From contig CAWAWS010000018.1 in NCBI GenBank assembly GCA_963785725.1, positions 96,001-160,000 on the forward strand: a stretch of DNA of 64,000 bases, written 5' to 3'. Below the pieces are notes generated by a model that worked only from the letters and a program-made list of their open reading frames with translations, was not told the DNA's origin and did not search any database. This DNA comes from an uncultured delta proteobacterium. GTDB taxonomy: Bacteria; Myxococcota_A; Polyangia; Palsa-1104. Shown piece after piece: positions 61,005 to 64,000 of this stretch (the first letter of the stretch is position 1; every line of letters starts with the position of its first letter). The position numbers and the translations under genes were made by a program.

Positions 61005-62072
61005 GTGAAGCTGAGCGCTTGCCTCATCGTGCGCAATGAAGCCGACGCCCTGCCACGCGCATTGTCCGCGCTGCGTGAGCACGTCTTCGAGATCGTCGTC
61101 GTCGACACCGGGTCCAGCGACGAGACGCCGATCATCGCCGAGCAGATGGGCGCCAACGTCGTCACGCTGCCGTGGCAAGACGACTTCAGCCTGGCGCGCA
61201 ACGCGGCGCTCGACGAGGCCACCGGCGATTGGTGCCTCATGGTCGACGCCGACGAGGTCGTGCAGCCGAGCGGCTGGCCGATCGTGCAAGCGTTCATCGC
61301 CGACGCGGCCCACGCGCACGGCAACATGACCATCGTCAGCGACACCGCCGAAGGCCGCGTGCACAGCGCGATTCGCCGCCTCTGTCGCAACGACAAGACC
61401 TTTCGCTACGTCGGTCGCGTGCACGAGCAGCTCGTCGGTCCCGGCGCCGGCGGCGACAGCGGGCTCGTCGCCGTGCATTCCGGCTACACCGAGGCGGCGA
61501 TTCGCCGGCGCGACAAGACGCAGCGCAATCTGCGGCTGCTGCAGCTCGACTTGGAGGCGCGCCCCGACGACGCCTACTTGCAGTTTCAGCTCGGGCGCAC
61601 GCTCGTCAAGCACAAGCAGCCCGATCTCGCGGTCGGCTACTTCGAGGCGGCGCTGCGCAACATCGCGCCCGACGCGGCTTACTTGTCGCTGCTGGTGGTG
61701 GCCTTCGGCTATGCGCTGAAGACGCTGGGCCGCGCGTCGCGCGCGCTGCCGATGCTCGAGTCCTACAAGCCGCGTCTCGGCGACTCGCCCGATCTATGGT
61801 TCTTGGAAGGCCTGTTGGCGATGGAGACGGGCGACGTGCCGCGCATGCTGCGCGCCTTCGACACCTGCTTGAGCCTCGGTGAGACCAAGCGTTACGAGAC
61901 CGTCGAGGGCGTCGGCAGCTATCGCGCGCACTTCAACATGGGGCTCTATCACGAGCTCGCCGGCGACGTCGAACGGGCGCGCATGCATTATCAGGCGGCG
62001 CTGAGCTTTCCCGGCCATTTCCAGCCGGCCGCGCATCGGCTCATGCGACTGCCGGCCCAGCCCGCTCAATAG
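61005..62072 (+). CDS. Glycosyltransferase family 2 with C-terminal TPR repeats
   Basis: LSACLIVRNE, VVVDTGS.D, W.DDFS.ARN, DADE, HEQ. Confidence 0.92.
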   Translation: MKLSACLIVRNEADALPRALSALREHVFEIVVVDTGSSDETPIIAEQMGANVVTLPWQDDFSLARNAALDEATGDWCLMVDADEVVQPSGWPIVQAFIADAAHAHGNMTIVSDTAEGRVHSAIRRLCRNDKTFRYVGRVHEQLVGPGAGGDSGLVAVHSGYTEAAIRRRDKTQRNLRLLQLDLEARPDDAYLQFQLGRTLVKHKQPDLAVGYFEAALRNIAPDAAYLSLLVVAFGYALKTLGRASRALPMLESYKPRLGDSPDLWFLEGLLAMETGDVPRMLRAFDTCLSLGETKRYETVEGVGSYRAHFNMGLYHELAGDVERARMHYQAALSFPGHFQPAAHRLMRLPAQPAQ

Positions 62073-63577
62073 AAGAACTTCAGCTCCGGCCACAGCTCGG
62101 CGAGCGTCGGACGGAGGCCGTAGCAGAGCGTGATGGGCGCGTCGTCTTCATACGGCATGACGAATGGGCCGCCGAAGCGCGCCGCCAGCGACACCGCGCG
62201 GCAGCGACGGCCCAAGCTCGCCGGCGTCTCGTTGACGCGCAAGAGGACCGAGCCGTCGAAGCCGCGCGGGCCCCACGTCCAATAGCTGTTGTGGCCGCTG
62301 AGCGCGGGCGGCAAACCGTAGGCGCCGCCGAAGACGTCGATGGCCGCGGCCTCGCCGTAGTTGTCGGTGAAGATGGCGACGCGCTCTCAATCGGCCGGCG
62401 GCAGCGCGCGATAGGCGGCGGCGACGCTGGCGACGTAGCTGCGCCAGCCGAGCATGTCGGCGAAGGTCTGCGGCAGCGCGCTCTGGCGCACCGTCTCCGA
62501 CGGCTGCGGCTGCAGATGCGTGCGCGAAAGATACGTCGCCAGCATCGCCGGCGGCAGGATCGGCATCGCCAGCGGCGCGGCCACGGCGCTGACGGCGACG
62601 GCGGCCGCCAGCCACGTCGCGCGCGCCCAGCGCGGCCGCAGCCACGCCTCGAACGCCGCGCCGCCGAGCGCGAACAGCGCCGCGAACGCCGGGCAAAAGT
62701 AGTAATCCTTGGCGTGCAGCGCGATCATGAGCGCGAACGTCAGTGCGAAACCGAGCGCCAAAAAGCGCCACGGCTTGAGCCGCGTATCGACGAACGGCGC
62801 CACCATTCCGCCGAGCCACAGCGGCGCCCACAGTGGATTCATCACCTTCGCTTGGTTGACGATGAAGCCGAGCGGCGACAGCACCGTGTTCTTACCGGTC
62901 GCTTGATTGCGCAGCATCTCCACGAAGGGCAGCCCATGCGTCAGCTGCCAAATGAGGCTGGGCGCGGCCAGCCCGAGCGCGATCGCCGCGCCCGCCGCCA
63001 GCTGCCACGTCAACAGCGCGCGACCGCGACCGACGGCCACGACGGCCACGACGAGCGGCAGCGCGAACGCCGGCAGCGCGTATTTGGCCTCGAGCGCGAC
63101 GCCGGCCACCGCGCCCGCCCACAGCCACGCGCGCGGCTCGCAGCCGACGACGACGCGCGCGACGCAGTAGGCGAAGCCCGTCCACGCGAGCGGCTCGAAC
63201 GTCGACGTCGAGAACACCGAGAAGATGCCGAGGTACATCGGCGCCGTCGCCGCGGCGGTGCCGGCGAGCGCGACGCCGAAGCCGCCGGCGCCGACGAGCG
63301 CCGCCAGCCGGCAGGTCATGAGCACCGTCGCCGCCGCGGCCAAGGCCGGCAGCAAACGCAGGAGAAAGAGGTGCTCGCCGAACGCTTGCGACGCCGCCGC
63401 CAAGAGCGGCACCAGCGGCGGCTGGTCGACGTAACCGAAGGCCGGATGGCGACCGCAGACGATGAAGTAGAGCTCGTCGCGAAAGAAGTCGTAGCGCTGG
63501 GCGACGGCGAGGTGCGCCAGCAAGGTCGCGCCCGACAGCAGCCACGCGATCCGTCTGTCGGGCTGTTTGTTGGGCAT
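62066..63577 (-). pseudogene. GT39/ArnT-like membrane glycosyltransferase with in-frame TGA at 62387-62389
   Basis: FRDELYF..CG.H.A.GYVDQPPL; frame continues past the stop to NYGEA.AI, SGHNSYW.WG. Confidence 0.8.
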
Positions 63578-63700
63578 GGCTGCACAACAATACGCGCCAG
63601 GCGGCTATTTCCGGCTCGGTCGCGGGCCGCCGCGGCGACTGCGCCGCGCGGTCGGTTCGCGCGTTTTGACAGCCATCGCGACGGCGTGCGACGGTTCGTC

Positions 63701-64000
63701 ATGCCACCCTCGGTTTTGTTGCTTCCCGGCCTCTTCGACTCCGGCCCCGCCCATTGGCAGCGCATTTGGCAGCGCGAGCGCGGCTTCACCGTCGTCGAGC
63801 AGTCCGACTGGGCCACGCCGCGCCGGCAAGACTGGACGGCCACGCTCGAACGCGCGGTCGCCGCCGCGGCCGGCCCCGTCATCTTGTGCGGCCACAGCTC
63901 GGCCTGCGCCACCATCGCCTTTTGGGCCGCCGAAACGGCGCAGTCGGCGCGCGTCCGCGGCGTCTTGCTCGTCGGACCGAGCGACACCGAGGCGGCGAGC
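63701..64000 (+). CDS. RBBP9/YdeN-family alpha/beta hydrolase (3' truncated by window edge)
   Basis: My translation: MPPSVLLLPGLFDSGPAHWQ..QSDW..P...W..GHSSAC..LLVGPSD. Confidence 0.85.
   Translation, partial: MPPSVLLLPGLFDSGPAHWQRIWQRERGFTVVEQSDWATPRRQDWTATLERAVAAAAGPVILCGHSSACATIAFWAAETAQSARVRGVLLVGPSDTEAAS

Noticed and set aside
62387..62389. Selenocysteine recoding of the in-frame TGA
   Set aside because: Not a redox Cys position or a known selenoprotein family, and I could not support a SECIS

Overview
Very GC-rich (roughly 70% by eye) bacterial DNA. The flanking genes (membrane-anchored Ser/Thr kinase, Cys/Gly-rich lipoproteins, Sel1-repeat membrane protein, LolA-like outer-membrane sorting protein) suggest a Gram-negative Myxococcota/Polyangia-type host; this is inference, as no marker gene is present. 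About 55 kb (4.8-60.4 kb) is a near-complete aerobic 9,10-seco steroid catabolic cluster. A/B rings: two kstD-like genes, two KshA-family Rieske oxygenases, hsaACDEGF. C/D rings (HIP): fadD3, fadA6, ipdABCF, echA20, fadE30-33-like genes, Rv3548c/Rv3549c-like SDRs. Side chain: CYP125/142-like P450, fadD19, fadE26/27-like, ltp3/ltp4, DUF35 proteins, echA19. It also has lipid carriers (SCP2, SRPBCC) and a KstR-like TetR repressor. I read 20 copies of the KstR operator (TnnAACnnGTTnnA) at 10 promoter regions, mostly paired 31-35 bp apart. One pair precedes an uncharacterised Gly-rich surface lipoprotein outside the cluster. Other features: a ~160-bp dispersed intergenic element (4 copies), a PcfJ-domain gene bracketed by 284-bp direct repeats, mini-ORFs bridging stop/start overlaps, and a FadD19-thioesterase fusion. 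Several genes carry +1 frameshifts that are probably sequencing errors. No rRNA, tRNA, CRISPR, integrase or transposase was recognised. Family assignments come from motif recognition and recall, not database searches.
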